Source of the DNA: Somniosus microcephalus
Taxonomy: Eukaryota
Direction of reading: 5' to 3'
NCBI GenBank assembly: GCA_052327205.1
Contig: CM126209.1
Coordinates: 258,292,001 to 258,356,000, forward strand
Length of the DNA: 64,000 nucleotides
Shown here: piece after piece, positions 37,495 to 50,227 of the stretch
Layout of the letters: every line of letters begins with the position of its first letter
Position numbering within the stretch: position 1 is the stretch's first letter
Notes under the pieces: model-generated
The model's database searches: none
What the model was told of the DNA's origin: nothing
Seen by the model: the letters and a program-made list of their open reading frames with translations, nothing else
Position numbers and translations under genes: made by a program

Positions 37495-37969
37495 GAGTGT
37501 CAGCTATGGTTCAGTTGGCAGCACTCTCAACTCTGAGTCAGAAGGTTGTGGGTTCAAAGTCCCACTCCATTGACTTGAGCACAAAAATCTAGGCTGACAC
37601 TCCAGTGCAGTGCTGAGGGAGTGTTGCACTGTCGGAGGTGCCGTCTTTCAGATGAGACGTTAAACCGAGGCCCCGTCTGCCCTCTCAGCTGGATGTAAAA
37701 GATCCCATGGCACTATTTCAAAGAAGAGCAGCGGAGTTTTCCCTGGTGTCTTGGCGAATATTTATCCCTCAATCAACATAACAAAAACAGATTATCTGGT
37801 CATCATCACATTGCTGTTTGTGGGAGCTTGCTGTGTGCAAATTGGCTGCCGCTTTTCCAACATTACAACAGTGACTACACCCCAGAAGTACTTCATTGGC
37901 TCTAAAGTGCTTTGAGACGTTCAGTGGTCGTGAAAGGCGCTATATAAATGTAAGTCTTTCTTTCTTTTT
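37495..37969 (+). mobile_element. Full-length Deu-SINE (SacSINE1-like)
   Basis: tRNA-like A/B boxes (TGGTTCAGTTGG, GGTTCAAAGTCC), Deu core GTAAAAGATCCCATGGCACTATTT...GCTGTTTGTGGGAGCTTGCTGTG, and L2-type tail AAGGCGCTATATAAAT(CTTT)n. Confidence 0.85.
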
Positions 37970-39589
37970 CTGGTACTTAGGCTTACTGATACGGTTCATA
38001 TATGCACTTTGTTCCACATCTTTCATACTTTAATCCCATGTTTTAAATTCACATTAACAAGCATACTTCAAAGCTCAACGCAACTTTAGCAATTGGTAGA
38101 TGTCACTCTAAAAATAATCAAGTTTCTTTCAACTCACGACCTGCCCACACACCGTTGTGACACTGGGAACATTGATAACACTACTAAACCTTGTCCACGT
38201 GATTTACAAACAGTGTACAGTGGAGATCGAAGAATAGATCCTTGTACAATATACCTGCAAACAGTTGGCACCGACCTCTGTCTTATGGCAGTAAGCCAGT
38301 TCTCATTCATCTAGATAATGTGCAGCTTATTCCAGGAGCCTTAAACGCTCCTATCAATCTCACTTCTGGACTGTTGGTAAATGTTGCTGACTGTTGAAAC
38401 TGTAAATAAAAGACATCTACTGATTTACCTTAGTTTAGTTGCCTCTCAAATAATTCCATGACATTCGTAGGGTGCAGCCTATCATTTCTAAAACCTTCTT
38501 AGAATACCTGTGATCCCCAATTGTCAGCTGTAGAATCCTGCAAAAGCTTCTCGAGTATTTTCCAACATTGGATGTTAGGCCAACTGGTGTGTTGTTACCA
38601 GTGCGACGCTTTACTTCCTTTTTGAATATTAAAACTGCATATCTTGTTCCTCCCTAGGTGCTCTAATTATAGGTGCTCTATCGAACTCTGAAAAATATTA
38701 ACAGGTCTCAATGAGTATTTCATTGTGACACATTATGATGGTTCAGCTAAACCTCCCACTCTCCTGGTGAAATTGTGCACTTCGATGTTATTTAGGTAAA
38801 CGTTCGACCGTCGAGTCAACATGTGCTGAATAAAATTCAAATCCCGGAGAGAAGGTTGGCACACTGCATTGGCACACTATTCTTTTGACCTTGGTCATGG
38901 GTTTGAATGGAGCCCCGACTAATTGGATGGAATTACCATTTTGTTTGCTGTCAGGGGCCAGATATTACAGGTACCAGTCTTCTACTGTATCGCTAGAGCG
39001 CTGGGGAACTGGTTGGAGTTGGACTGTGGTCTCCTTTGCACTCGCTGCAGAATCGGCGAGATTTTTACACCTATTTACGCACTTGGAGAGAACTCCATTC
39101 AATAGTTTCTAAACGCCAGTCAGAAGAGATCAGACGAAGCCGCCGATTCTCTGTTGACATTAAAATGTTTCAAAATAAATACTTTTTTGAAATTGACATG
39201 ACACCGCAACTCGGTTTATCTGCAATTTGTGTGAAGCTCAATGATACAAGACGCCCTGATCAATTTAGCGCGCTCTGGAATCAGCTCGCCCACCGATACT
39301 CGGCGTTTTATTGTTAGATTTCAGTTGACGCATAGCCAAAACAGCTGTTGCTCACAACCAAAATAGTAGTTAAAATCGTTCATAGAGTTCTCTCAGCGCC
39401 GTTTCTTGGTGGGCTATTGTGGTCCCACAGGCACAACTGACCCGTTCTGCTGCGAGGCTGAGCTAACGATCAGCAGGCGCAGATTGGAACCTTGTATATC
39501 GCACGTTTTGGATTTTAAACGTTGAAATTGCATTGAATTGCATAAAAAATTACAAAACGGCAACAGGCCATTCGGCCCAATCAATCCTT

Positions 39590-39801
39590 CACAGAATCAC
39601 ACAGAATCACAGAAACCCCACAGTGCAGATAGAGGCCATTTCGGCCCATCGAGCCTGCACCGACACATATCCCACCCGATCCCTGTAACCCCTACACCAA
39701 CACATATCCCACCCTATCCCCGTAACCCCACGTATTTAATCCCCCTAACACTAAGGGTCAATTTATCATAGCCAATCAACCTAACCCGCACATCTTTGGA
39801 C
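39590..39801 (-). mobile_element. 5'-truncated HE1-like SINE
   Basis: Matches 24125-24240 (CCCTATCCCCGTAACCC...CCAATCAACCTAACCCGCACATCTTTGGACT), with a different (GATTCTGT)n tail. Confidence 0.75.
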
Positions 39802-40798
39802 TTGCTGAATAAGGAGTGATCTCACACCACTACGGCTTTAGAGGTGTGACATAGCAACTGCAATAGGTGCCCACCCAATTTCATTACACATCTTATTTTT
39901 TTTTACTGTTAGCCGGAGGGCAGGCTGTTCCTTATGCTCTCTGCTAACATTATTGAACCAAAATGTTAGCCACAAGTCATTGAGCAGCGTATATGGGTGT
40001 AAACCCCCACACTTTCCCTGAAAGGACAACAATATGGAACTGGCATTACATCAGCTGATTACTCATCACTATAAGTTGGCGACTGTTATAAATCAGTTCC
40101 TGCCGTCTAACTGCACCCTTGCGCTCCATTTCGCGGAGCTACACTTGAGCTGGCGATGCATAATTATGGTATTAGGTTCCTAAAATATAGGGCACCCATT
40201 CCTCGCCTTGATGACCACAAAAAGTGAACTAAAATAACTTAAAACAGCTGCAGTTTTTAATTTCCCTCCTATCACCCCCATCACTCATTACTGTTCATCG
40301 CGGTACTCTTAATCAAGCAGGCATTTGCGAATCCTCCCGCATTAATTTTGGACACTTCACCTTATCTTTAATCGAGTTCGACTTGAGCCCAGTTCGAGTA
40401 GGATCAAATAAGTAGGTGGCAGCTGGGAATCTATCCTGACTGCTACATTCTCTGAGATACGATTTATGGTTCGCTGTTACGCTTAACGACGTAATGATGT
40501 CATTGCACGTAACAGTAGCACGCACTGTGTGCATTCAAATGAGCTGGAGGAGGAAGGAGGGGGTTGTAGAGAGGGGCCGAATTACGAATCTAAAAAGCTG
40601 CAATTACTAGCTCTACAACACACTTAGCGCATTCTGAAACACTGCCTTGAGGCTGGATTGGGCATGTTAACTGTAAAAAATGAAAAATAAAATGTCTTAG
40701 AAATCCATAGGGAGCACCCAATCTTGTGCTGCTATGTTTGACTGGCTACCCGTGGACCCAAAGCCAAACCCGTGCGTTGTTCTTTGCCAATACCTCAC

Positions 40799-43270
40799 CT
40801 CACTATTTACAGTGCTCCTATTGTCTGCAGACTTTGTTTTCAGTGGGGTTTCTTCTTTTCCCGTTGCTTCGCTGTTGAAGTAATTCTTCCCTGAGGATGA
40901 AGGGCACAGTTCGGGAAACAGGACTTCCCTCTTGGACGAATTTAAAGTCGAACCCGTCTCGTAGCGGAAACTTTGGGAAAGTGGATCTCCTCCAAATACC
41001 TCAACGTAGTTAGGAGGGATCTGAATGTTGCGGCTGGCTTTTTGAATCCCATTCAGCGAATTCCTTGCTTGAAAACAGCGGCACATCTCCACATAACAAC
41101 TGCGATCGTCAAAACCATGTCTGCGCTTATGAACCTTGACAGCCAGCATAATTAAAACCACTAGAAAAATCGACGAGACTATCCCTAAAGATACGACTAA
41201 GTAAAGACTTATGTCAGAAGTTAACCCAGGACTATCAGACAAAGTACTTGCATCAGATAACATTTCTGCATCGCCCTCCGCGACTGATAAGACGATAGTC
41301 ACTGTGGCGGATAGGGATGGTGTTCCGTTATCCTTGACCAAGATCAGCAGCCTTTGCTTTCTGCCATCCTTGTTCACCATACGACGGGTTGTCCAGATTT
41401 CGCCAGTGTCGGTTGAAATAGTAAAAAGGTCAGGATCAGTAGCCTGCCGAATCTGATAGGAAAGCTGCGCGTTTCGGCCAGTGTCCGCGTCGGTGGCCGA
41501 GACCTTAGCAACCAGGTATCCAGGTTCAGCGAAGCGGGACATTGTCTCCGTTACCGCTGAACCAATCTCGGGCAACGGATGGACGATCACTGGGGCATTG
41601 TCATTCTGATCAAGGATGAAAAAATCCACCGAAACTTTGCTGGTGAGCGGTGGGACTCCAGAGTCCTGGACTTGAACTTGGATCTGAAATTGTTTCAAGC
41701 GCTCGTAGTCAAAAGATCGCTGAGAAAATATGACACCACTCTCTGCGTTAATATTGACATAAGAGGACGGCAGTGCGCCCTGAATCTGAGTCCCCAGGAT
41801 AGAGTAGGAAAGTCGAGCATTCTGGTTTAAATCAGGATCAAAGGCTGTCACTTGGAAAATAGAAGTCCCAATAATATTGTTCTCCATCACGTAAGCGGTA
41901 TAGGAAGGCTGCGTAAAGCGTGGCGAGTTGTCATTGATATCGGAAACCTCCACCAGAATTGTTTTTTTGGATGTTAGCGGAGGTTTTCCTGCGTCGCTGC
42001 ATGTGACAGTAACATCGTACTTTGAGATATTTTCACGGTCCAGAAGCCGCTGCGTCAGCAGCCTATAATAGCTCTTTAAAGATAAGTCTAGCTTGAAGGG
42101 GAGGCTATTTGCGATTTCACATTGCACTTGCCCATTTTCTCCAGAATCTTTGTCCGCTGCGCTGATCAAGGCAACTACAGTTCCAGGGGCAGCATCTTCA
42201 CTGACTGGGCTAGACAAAGAAGTCAGGGTCACTTCAGGGGCGTTATCATTCACGTCAATAATATCCACCACAACGTCACAATAGACGGGGATTGCGTTAG
42301 GACCTTTATCGACGGCTTGCACGCTAATGGTGAATGCATTGCTTTCTTCATAGTCCAGAGTTCCTTCAACTAGGATTTCACCAGTTTTCGAATCCACACT
42401 AAACAGCTGAGGCACTCGAACCGCTGTTCGGCTGCTGAAGGCGTATTCTATTTCTCCGTTGGAACCAGCATCCAAATCCGTAGCATTTAACCTGATTATC
42501 AGAGTTCCTTTAGGTGCATTTTCTAACAGCGTGACCCTATAAACCGACTGGGGGAACACAGGCGCGTTGTCGTTTGCGTCCTGAGCCACCACGGTGACCT
42601 GAGCAGTACCTGACCTTTCCGGAGATCCGCCGTCCTCGGCAATTAGCACTAACCTGTGGGCTGATTGCTTTTCTCTATCCAGGGATCGTTCCAATACCAG
42701 AACTGGCAACACCCCCACTCCACTGCGCGTCTGTACATCCAGAGTGAAATAATCGTTCGGGAGGAGCTGGTAGGTTTGTACGGAGTTGATTCCTACGTCC
42801 GGATCGTGCGCGGACTCGAGGGGGAAGCGCGCTCCCGGCGCAGCCACTTCTGAGATTTCAAGGCGGAACTGGCTCTTTGGAAATCTGGGAGCGTTGTCAT
42901 TTACATCGAGAATCTCCACTTCAACGTGGTACAGATTGAGGGGGTTTTGAATCACAGCCTCCAAGGATAGCACGCAAGTGAGGCTCGGCCCACAAAGCTC
43001 TTCTCTGTCTATTTTTTCCCTCACAAAGAGAATCCCATTGTTTAAGTTTACGTCCAAATACTGTTTGCTGGCACCGGCCACAATCCGCAAACTGCGAGCC
43101 GAGAGCTGCTTTACATCTAAAGCCAAATCGGCGGCGATATTCCCAACAAAGGCCCCCAGTTGCAGCTCTTCAGGAATCGAATAACGAATCTGCCCAGAAA
43201 CTAGATCCCATGAAGACAATATGTAGAACAATAGTTTCCATTTTAGCAACCAAATTATTTTATATCTCAT
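40799..43270 (-). CDS. Clustered protocadherin variable exon V6 (more divergent paralog)
   Basis: ATG at 43270, six EC repeats, TM, conserved cytoplasmic motif, donor GAG|GTGAGG at 40799. Confidence 0.95.
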
Positions 43271-43467
43271 TTCCACACTGAATCATTCCAATGGTTTCAG
43301 CACCAGACGGCTCCGTACATAATTCCTGTAACAGTTATTTAACTATCGTTTCTTAACTCGAAAGACGTTTTGTGCAACAGTACCGGTGCTTGTTTTGAGA
43401 ATCGCCGAGATTATTTCATTTAAATCGTCTCATTTCGTCTAAAATTGCCGGGGATAGATTGCGCTGC

Positions 43468-43683
43468 AGCTCGCCACCCAGTCTTACACTGGTCTGCTGT
43501 TACGTGATGGAGGATGGGAAGGGAACGGGGGCAGTCCGGATCGCCAATCATAGTTAAGCTTCTGATTGGCCAGCAGACGAACCGTGGTATTCAACCAATC
43601 AGAATACAGCTCATTTCTTAAAGCGACGATGTCTTCTTATTCCCTCGCAGCTTGTTAACATTTATTGTTGTACAATTAAAAAT
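43468..43683 (-). promoter_or_regulatory. Conserved Pcdh promoter module, V6
   Basis: TTACGTGA, GGGGGCAG, CCAATCA, ATTGG 43565, CCAAT 43595, TTCTTAAAG and ACATTTATTGTTGTACAATTAAA are retained despite divergent flanks. Confidence 0.8.
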
Positions 43684-44469
43684 TAAAAGACGTGTTTAAT
43701 TTGGTAGTTTGGCCAGTTTTTACCGTCTTTGCTAAAGCCTGATCTATACTACAGTTTCACAGCCGATCTTAAATGTCTGCTGACCAGAACTACCGATAAA
43801 ATTCACGTTGCAATGATTGTGTTATTGTGGGACTGTGCTGGGTTGCGCCACGCCCCCAATTGCCTGCTTAATCGTTCATTAAATTCAATAATTTCACTGT
43901 AATTTTGTTTATGATAACTTATTTTTTGACTCAACACATGATTAATAAAATTTAAATTCTAGGGAGACTGGGGGGTGCAACGGGTTAGCACACAGTCTTT
44001 CGGTTTCTGGCTAAGGAAATGAGTCCAGCATATGCTGATTAGATGTAAGGCACCAGTCATACGAAAGTTATCAGAATTATGCCATACTTTTAGAATACAA
44101 TGGGAGGGGAAAACTTAGATCATAATTGCATTGCTGCCTCCTTTGTTGCTCTGGTCCAACATTAACCGAGTTCTGTGTATTTCTGAATGCACATATGGGT
44201 CGATTCCCACTCATTGACCTCTACATACTTGTTGACTTGGACGTTAGGGCCCATGAGGACACTATTATTGTTAATAAAATGATTCAAAATTACATTTGAA
44301 ATTTGACTTGATACTGGAAAGTAGTTTTTCAGCAGTCTAAATGAAGTTTAATGGCGAAGGTTGCCTTTTTGTTTTAGTGTGGTTTGCAGTAATTCGTCCA
44401 GCTGACTTCAGAGTTTTACTCGATGTTTGCTGTACATGTACGCCTGAAGCTGCGTCTCATTAAAACCCT

Positions 44470-44726
44470 GGCCGTGCCTTCTGTTGCCTAGGCCCTAAGC
44501 CCTGGAATTCCCTGCCTAAACCTGTCCGCCTTGCTACCTCACTTTCCTCCTTTAAGACACTCATTAAAACTTACCTCTTTGACTAAGCTTTTGGTCACCT
44601 GCCCTAATTTATCCTTGTGGATTGGTGTCAATTTTTTTGTCTTAAAATACTCCTGTGCAGTGCCTTGGGACGTTTTACTACGTTAAAGGCGCTATATAAA
44701 TACAAGTTTTGTTGTTGTTGTTGTTG
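44470..44726 (+). mobile_element. L2-type LINE 3' end
   Basis: CTGGAATTCCCTGCCTAAA (W-N-S-L-P), then a UTR ending AAAGGCGCTATATAAATACAAG(TTG)n. Confidence 0.75.
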
Positions 44727-44987
44727 ATAGGCCTACCTGAGATAAATGTGGGCACTTTCAGCCCAGTATTAGTGAACCCACAGACAATTCTGCACTGTGA
44801 TCTTCCGAGGTTACATACCTACATATGAAAAGGGTGGAAAAAGATCATCAGGCAGAACAGTGTTCAACATGATACAAACTCGTGCGCCATCCTTCTCAAT
44901 CGTTAGCAATGCTGACTCAGGGGAATCAAAAACAGAGACAGAATCTTGTGACTAATTTAAAACTAAAAAGCTTTAAAAAGAACATCC

Positions 44988-45126
44988 TGCAGTACTAATG
45001 AACGGTCATTGACCTGAAACTTTAACTCTGTTTCTCTCTCCATAAACACTTCCTGACCTGCTGACTGCTCCCAGCATTTTCTATTTTTATTTCTGATTTC
45101 CAGCATCCACATAAATTTTGCTTTTA
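44988..45126 (+). mobile_element. Penelope terminal-repeat-like fragment with degenerate hammerhead
   Basis: AGTA-CTAATGA-AC-GGTC-ATT-GACC-T-GAAA-CTTT-AACT, followed by the reverse complement of the 20207 element. Confidence 0.7.
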
Positions 45127-45666
45127 GAAAATTGACCCCGACTCCCTAAAGCTCTCAGTGGGCAAGGCTGATACATCATAAACCGAACATGACTACCCCT
45201 TCCCATTTATGTCCCAATGTCCTTAGGAACATTGGAACACAAGACCAGGAGCCAGTAAAACGCACCCTCACCCATCCCAGGTCACAGATTTCATGCCCTA
45301 TTTTACCTCACATGCTCTTCAATAGTCTGTCAAAAATGTATCCATCACCGCTTTGAAATTAGCAAGATCCTGTACTTCTGAGTCCTATTTTCTGCACAGC
45401 ACGAAGAAATTAAAGCTTAACTGCAATTCGCCTTTTCCAGTCTAAACTTGAATCTATGTCCTTTTATCCTGCAGCTTGCGATAATATTGAGTATCTTTCT
45501 GCATCCAGTTTCTTTATTCGCTGTAAGATATTACGAACCTCAATATGATTGTGGTAAGCTACTTCTACCCGATGTAAGCATCTTTAGAACCCGTAGTCAA
45601 ATCACATTTAGCAACTCAGACAGCCAGAATGGATTGCTCCTCCCCACCGCAAGGGATTGTTTCACA

Positions 45667-46041
45667 ACTCCAGTACAGTGCATGAGGGACTGCTGTACTG
45701 TCGGAGGTGCTGTCTTTAGGATGAGACGTTAAACCGAGGCCCCGTCTGCTCTCTCAGGTGGACATGAAAGATCCCATGGCACTATTTGGAAGAAGAGCAG
45801 GGGAGTTATCCCCGGTGCCCTGGCCAATATTTATCCCTCAACCAACATAACAAAAACAGATTATCTGATCATTATCACACTGCTGTTTGTGGGAGCTTGC
45901 TGTGTGCAAATTGGCTGCCACGTTTCCCACATTACAACAGTGACTCCACTTCAAAAGTACTTCATTGGCTATTAAGCGCTTTGAGGCATCTGGTGGTCGT
46001 GAAAGGCGCTATATAAATGGAAGTCTTTCTTTTAAGTCTTT
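45667..46041 (+). mobile_element. 5'-truncated Deu-SINE (SacSINE1-like)
   Basis: Highly similar to 37598-37969. Confidence 0.85.
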
Positions 46042-47030
46042 CTAACTATATAGAATAATAAAGTGCGGTAGACCAGTGCTTTGTATAAGCTAATCAGCAC
46101 TTTCTCAGATGGTACGTCCTAAAATTCTGTTAATTTTTTTTCCATCACCCTGGATTTTGTTCGAGGAGATGGTCTCACAGTGCTTCGGTATCAGAAGCCA
46201 CTATATTAAACTGCGCCAAGGCAGCACAAAAGTCTTACCAGGCACCGTGGGAGATTTGTATGTATAATAGCAAACATGCACCGAGATTATTTTTTTCTGT
46301 GGACAGAACAACGCTGAGCTGGAAGAAAAGCTTACACCTGTTGGCTCTACCTCCCTAGAAGCAGGTAGCAGTCTCTAACCGGTGCCTATGATATACCTGC
46401 ATCTTTCTTTACTCTGCTGCTCTCTGTGCAGAGACTCGGTTGAGAATGCCTGATTATAACTGTTACCTCAAATGAATGAGTGAATAGAGCTAACATAAAT
46501 CGCCCTGAGGACCACAGACACGGATAAAAAATTAAAATAATTATTAGCTGGTAACTTCTAGAGAAATACAATATTATGAAACTGACATTTATGGATTATT
46601 GTAGGATAATTGTGAAGCTGGCGCTGCTCTGTGTATGACAGTTAATTCGAGCAGAATCAGCAATTAGTAGGTGCATGGAAATATATCCTGCCTTACTCTT
46701 CCTATACAGTTTAATCATAGTACTACTTCTAAGAATGAACGCTACATCAATCATCTTGTGCAACTTCTTATCACTGAGGATAAAACACTTGAAGAGTTGC
46801 AATAATTTGATAGCACGAGAATATCGAACACATTCTAAGAGACATTAATACTTTGTATAGAGACTGGTCTGGGCAAAATGATCAGTAACCAAAGTGGAAG
46901 GTAATTTGAGCTCAATTTGTGTTCAATTAACTCTTACAACTGCACATCGCCACAAAGAAACAAACAATCTCATTTGGAAAGTTTACCTGTTGATTCAAAT
47001 CACAAAGTAATTTTTTAAAAATCACCTCAC

Positions 47031-49505
47031 TTCACTACTTTCAGTGTTAATATACTTTGAAGAACTTGATGTCAGCGGATTCTCTTCATTCCCAATAATT
47101 TCTCTCCAGGCCTTAATCTTATCTGTAGATGAATTGCACGTGTTGGGAAACATCAAGTCTCTCTTGTTGGAATGCAAAGTTGAACAAGTCTCGTAGCGGT
47201 AACTTTGGGAAAGTGGATCGCCCCCAAATACTTCAACATAGTTTGGAGCTATGTGAATGCTTCGGCTGGCTTTTTGAATTCCATTTAACGAATTCCTTGG
47301 TTGGATGCAGCAACACGTGTCCATGGCACAGGAATCGACAGCAAATCCAGTTCTGTTTTTATGGACCGTGAAGGCGAGGATAATTAAAACCAGTAGAAAA
47401 ATCGATGAGATTATCCCTAAAGATATAACTAAGTAATGGCTTATGTCAGAAATAAAGCCAGGATCTTCGGACAGGTTACTGGCACCAGGAAGCACCTCAT
47501 AATTGGCCTCCTCTACAGAGAACATTATCGTCATTGTAGCTGAAAGGGAAGGCGTCCCATTGTCTGCTACCACAATAAGCAACCTTTGCTTCTTGGAGTC
47601 TTTGTTCACAAGACGACGTATTGTCCAGATTTCGCCAGTGTCGGATGAAATAGTAAAGAGGCCAGGGTCTGTACTTTGCCTAATCTGATAAGAAAGTTGT
47701 CCATTTTCACCAGCGTCAGCATCAGTGGCCGATACCTTGGCGACTAAGCACCCTGGTTCGGCGAAACGAGACACTGTTTCCAATACTGTTGACCCAAACC
47801 CCGATATTGGATGCAGGATGACTGGGGCATTGTCATTCTGGTCAAGGATAATTACATTTACTGAGGCGTTACCAGTAAATGCGGGGACTCCAGAGTCCTG
47901 TGCTTGAACACGGATCTGAAAATGCTTTAGTTGTTCATAGTCAAAAGTTCTCCGAGAAAATATGATGCCACTGTTTGCATTAATATCGACGTAATCAAAC
48001 ACTAGCTCCTCCTGAAGCCGAGTCTCCAAGATAGAATAGGATAGTCGAGAATTCTGCCTTAAATCCGGATCAAATGCAGTTAGTTGGAAGATAGAAGCCC
48101 TCATAATATTGTTTTCCATCACGTAAGCTGTATATAAAGGCTGTGCAAACTGCGGCGAGTTGTCATTTATGTCTGAAACCTGCACCCGGATGGTTTTGTT
48201 GGATGTTAGAGGAGGGATTCCCGCATCTCTGCATGTGATGGTAACATCGTACTTGGGCATATTTTCGCGGTCTAGTGGATGGTGGGTAAACAATCTATAA
48301 TAGTTCTTTAAAGATAAATCTAGGACGAAAGAGAAGTTATCTGCGACTTGGCATTCCATCTTTCCATTTTCGCCTGAATCTTTGTCTGCTGCGCTGATCA
48401 GAGCAACTACGGTGCCCGGCGGAGCATCTTCACTTACTGGACTGGACAAGGAAGTCAAAGTCAATTTAGGTGCGTTATCATTGACATCAATAATGTCCAC
48501 CAGAACATCGCAGTACACGGGCTTGGGGTAAGGACCCTTATCCATTGCTTGTACCTTGATCTCAAAAGCGCTGTTTTCTTCATAATCCACACGCCCCTTC
48601 ACTCTGATTTCACCAGTTTTGGAATCCACGGCAAATAGCTCGGGTACTCCTGCAGACGTATGACTGCTAAAAGAGTATACTATGTCTCCATTTGAACCAT
48701 CATCCAAGTCAGCAGCATTTAATTTAATTACCAGGTTACCTTTAGGTGTATTTTCTAACAGACTGACCCTATAAACTGACTAATCGAAAACTGGTTCGTT
48801 GTCACTTGCATCTCCAATTATAATCAGTACTTGCGCAGTGCCTGACCGTTCAGGAACCCCTCCGTCCTTGGCAATTAGCACTCACCTGTGGACCGATCCC
48901 TTTTCTCTGTCCAAGGGTCTTTGCAGCACCAAGAATGGCAGCTTTTCATCTCCGCTGCTCGTCTGTACTTCGAGAGCGAAATAATCGTTGGCAATGAGCT
49001 CGGAGGTTCGAAGGGCGTTTGTTCCGACGTCTGCATCATGCGCGCGTTCGAGGAGGAAGCGCGCTCCCGGTATGGAAAGCTCTGAGATTTCCAGGCGGAA
49101 CTGGCTCTTTGAGAACCCGGGTGCGTTATCATTTACATCCAAAATCTCCACTTCGGCGTGGTACAGGTTCAGGGGGTTGGCAAGCACGGCCTCCAGAGAT
49201 ACCGTACAACCGAGGCTGGACCCACAGAACTCTTCCCTGTCAATTTCTTCCCTTACAAACATTGTAATTCCATTGTCTAAATGTACGTCGAAATACTGCT
49301 TCCTTGAGCCAGATACAATCCGAGAGCTGCGAGCTGCGAGCTGTTTCACATCTAAACCCAAATCGGCTGCGATATTGCCAACAAAGGCGCCCGGTTGCAG
49401 CTCTTCAGGAATCGAATAATGAAGCAGTCCCGAAACCATGTCCCACGAGGTGAAAATACCTTACAACAGTTGCCATTTTATCAAACAATATATTTTATAT
49501 CTCAT
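47031..49505 (-). pseudogene. Protocadherin variable pseudo-exon V7 (three in-frame stops, no frameshift)
   Basis: ATG at 49505. TAA at 49461-63, TGA at 48882-84 and TAG at 48780-82 are all in one frame. The remainder is open to donor GAA|GTGAGG at 47031. Confidence 0.9.
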
Positions 49506-49694
49506 GACCAGCACAAAGCATTCCAATTGTTTCAGCGCGACGCGGTACTGTTCAACAATTCATTGGAATAAAGTTGTTTAGATATCATTTCTTAAGTAGT
49601 TGAGCTTAATTGCACAAAATACCTTTACTTACTAAAAATAAGAAAAATCTCCGTATATTTTAAAAACCACCAATGGATGCATGTACAAAACGCA

Positions 49695-49908
49695 ACTCGC
49701 TATCCAGTTTTACGCTGTGTCTGATCGTACGCGATGGGGTGGATGGGAAAGGGGCAGTCAAGATCACCAGTCACACCTCAGCTTCTGATTGGCGAACAAA
49801 GGCACACTCATATTCAACCAATCCGAATACTCCTGATTTCTTAAAGCGAGAATGTCTTCTTAAAGCGTCGTGATTTTCTTGTTACATTTATTGGTGCGCA
49901 ATTAAAAA
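49695..49908 (-). promoter_or_regulatory. Conserved Pcdh promoter module, V7 pseudo-exon
   Basis: ATTGG 49788, CCAAT 49818, GGGGCAG, TTCTTAAAG, ACATTTATTGGTGCGCAATTAAA. Confidence 0.75.
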
Positions 49909-50227
49909 TAGAAGGAAGCCTTTCTTTCTCTATTTTCGATATATTGTTCTTTCTGGAAATTTACTTCTATACAACGAGTTTATAATAGGCATGTGAAGAG
50001 ACAGTTATTCAGAACCTGCTGGCAAAATGCAAGTCTGAATGCAGGCTTTATTTGTGGGACATTTTGGCAAGTTTGCTATTCCTCTATACTGAATTAATGC
50101 AATTCACTTTAACTATATTCTGCTGGCATTTTTCTTACAACGAACCATGTGACAAAGTCTACCAATACAAATTAAAATATTGTAGAGATTCAGTAGTGAA
50201 AAGGGTTAACACATTGTCTTTTCCTCT

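Larger units (their letters stand above)
1378..39290. repeat. Tandem segmental duplication array: ~5.5-5.6 kb unit (spacer + Pcdh variable exon + promoter), 5 exons and 6 spacer copies
   Basis: Spacers 1378-3940, 6437-10530, 13036-20502, 23008-26808, 29314-32337 and 34840-39290 align end to end. The period is 5529 bp between 26809 and 32338 (no young TE) and similar elsewhere after subtracting insertions. Confidence 0.95.

Noticed and set aside
37500-37570. tRNA gene (also 24310-24383)
   Set aside because: The A/B boxes are SINE heads continuing into Deu- or V-domains, with no full cloverleaf.
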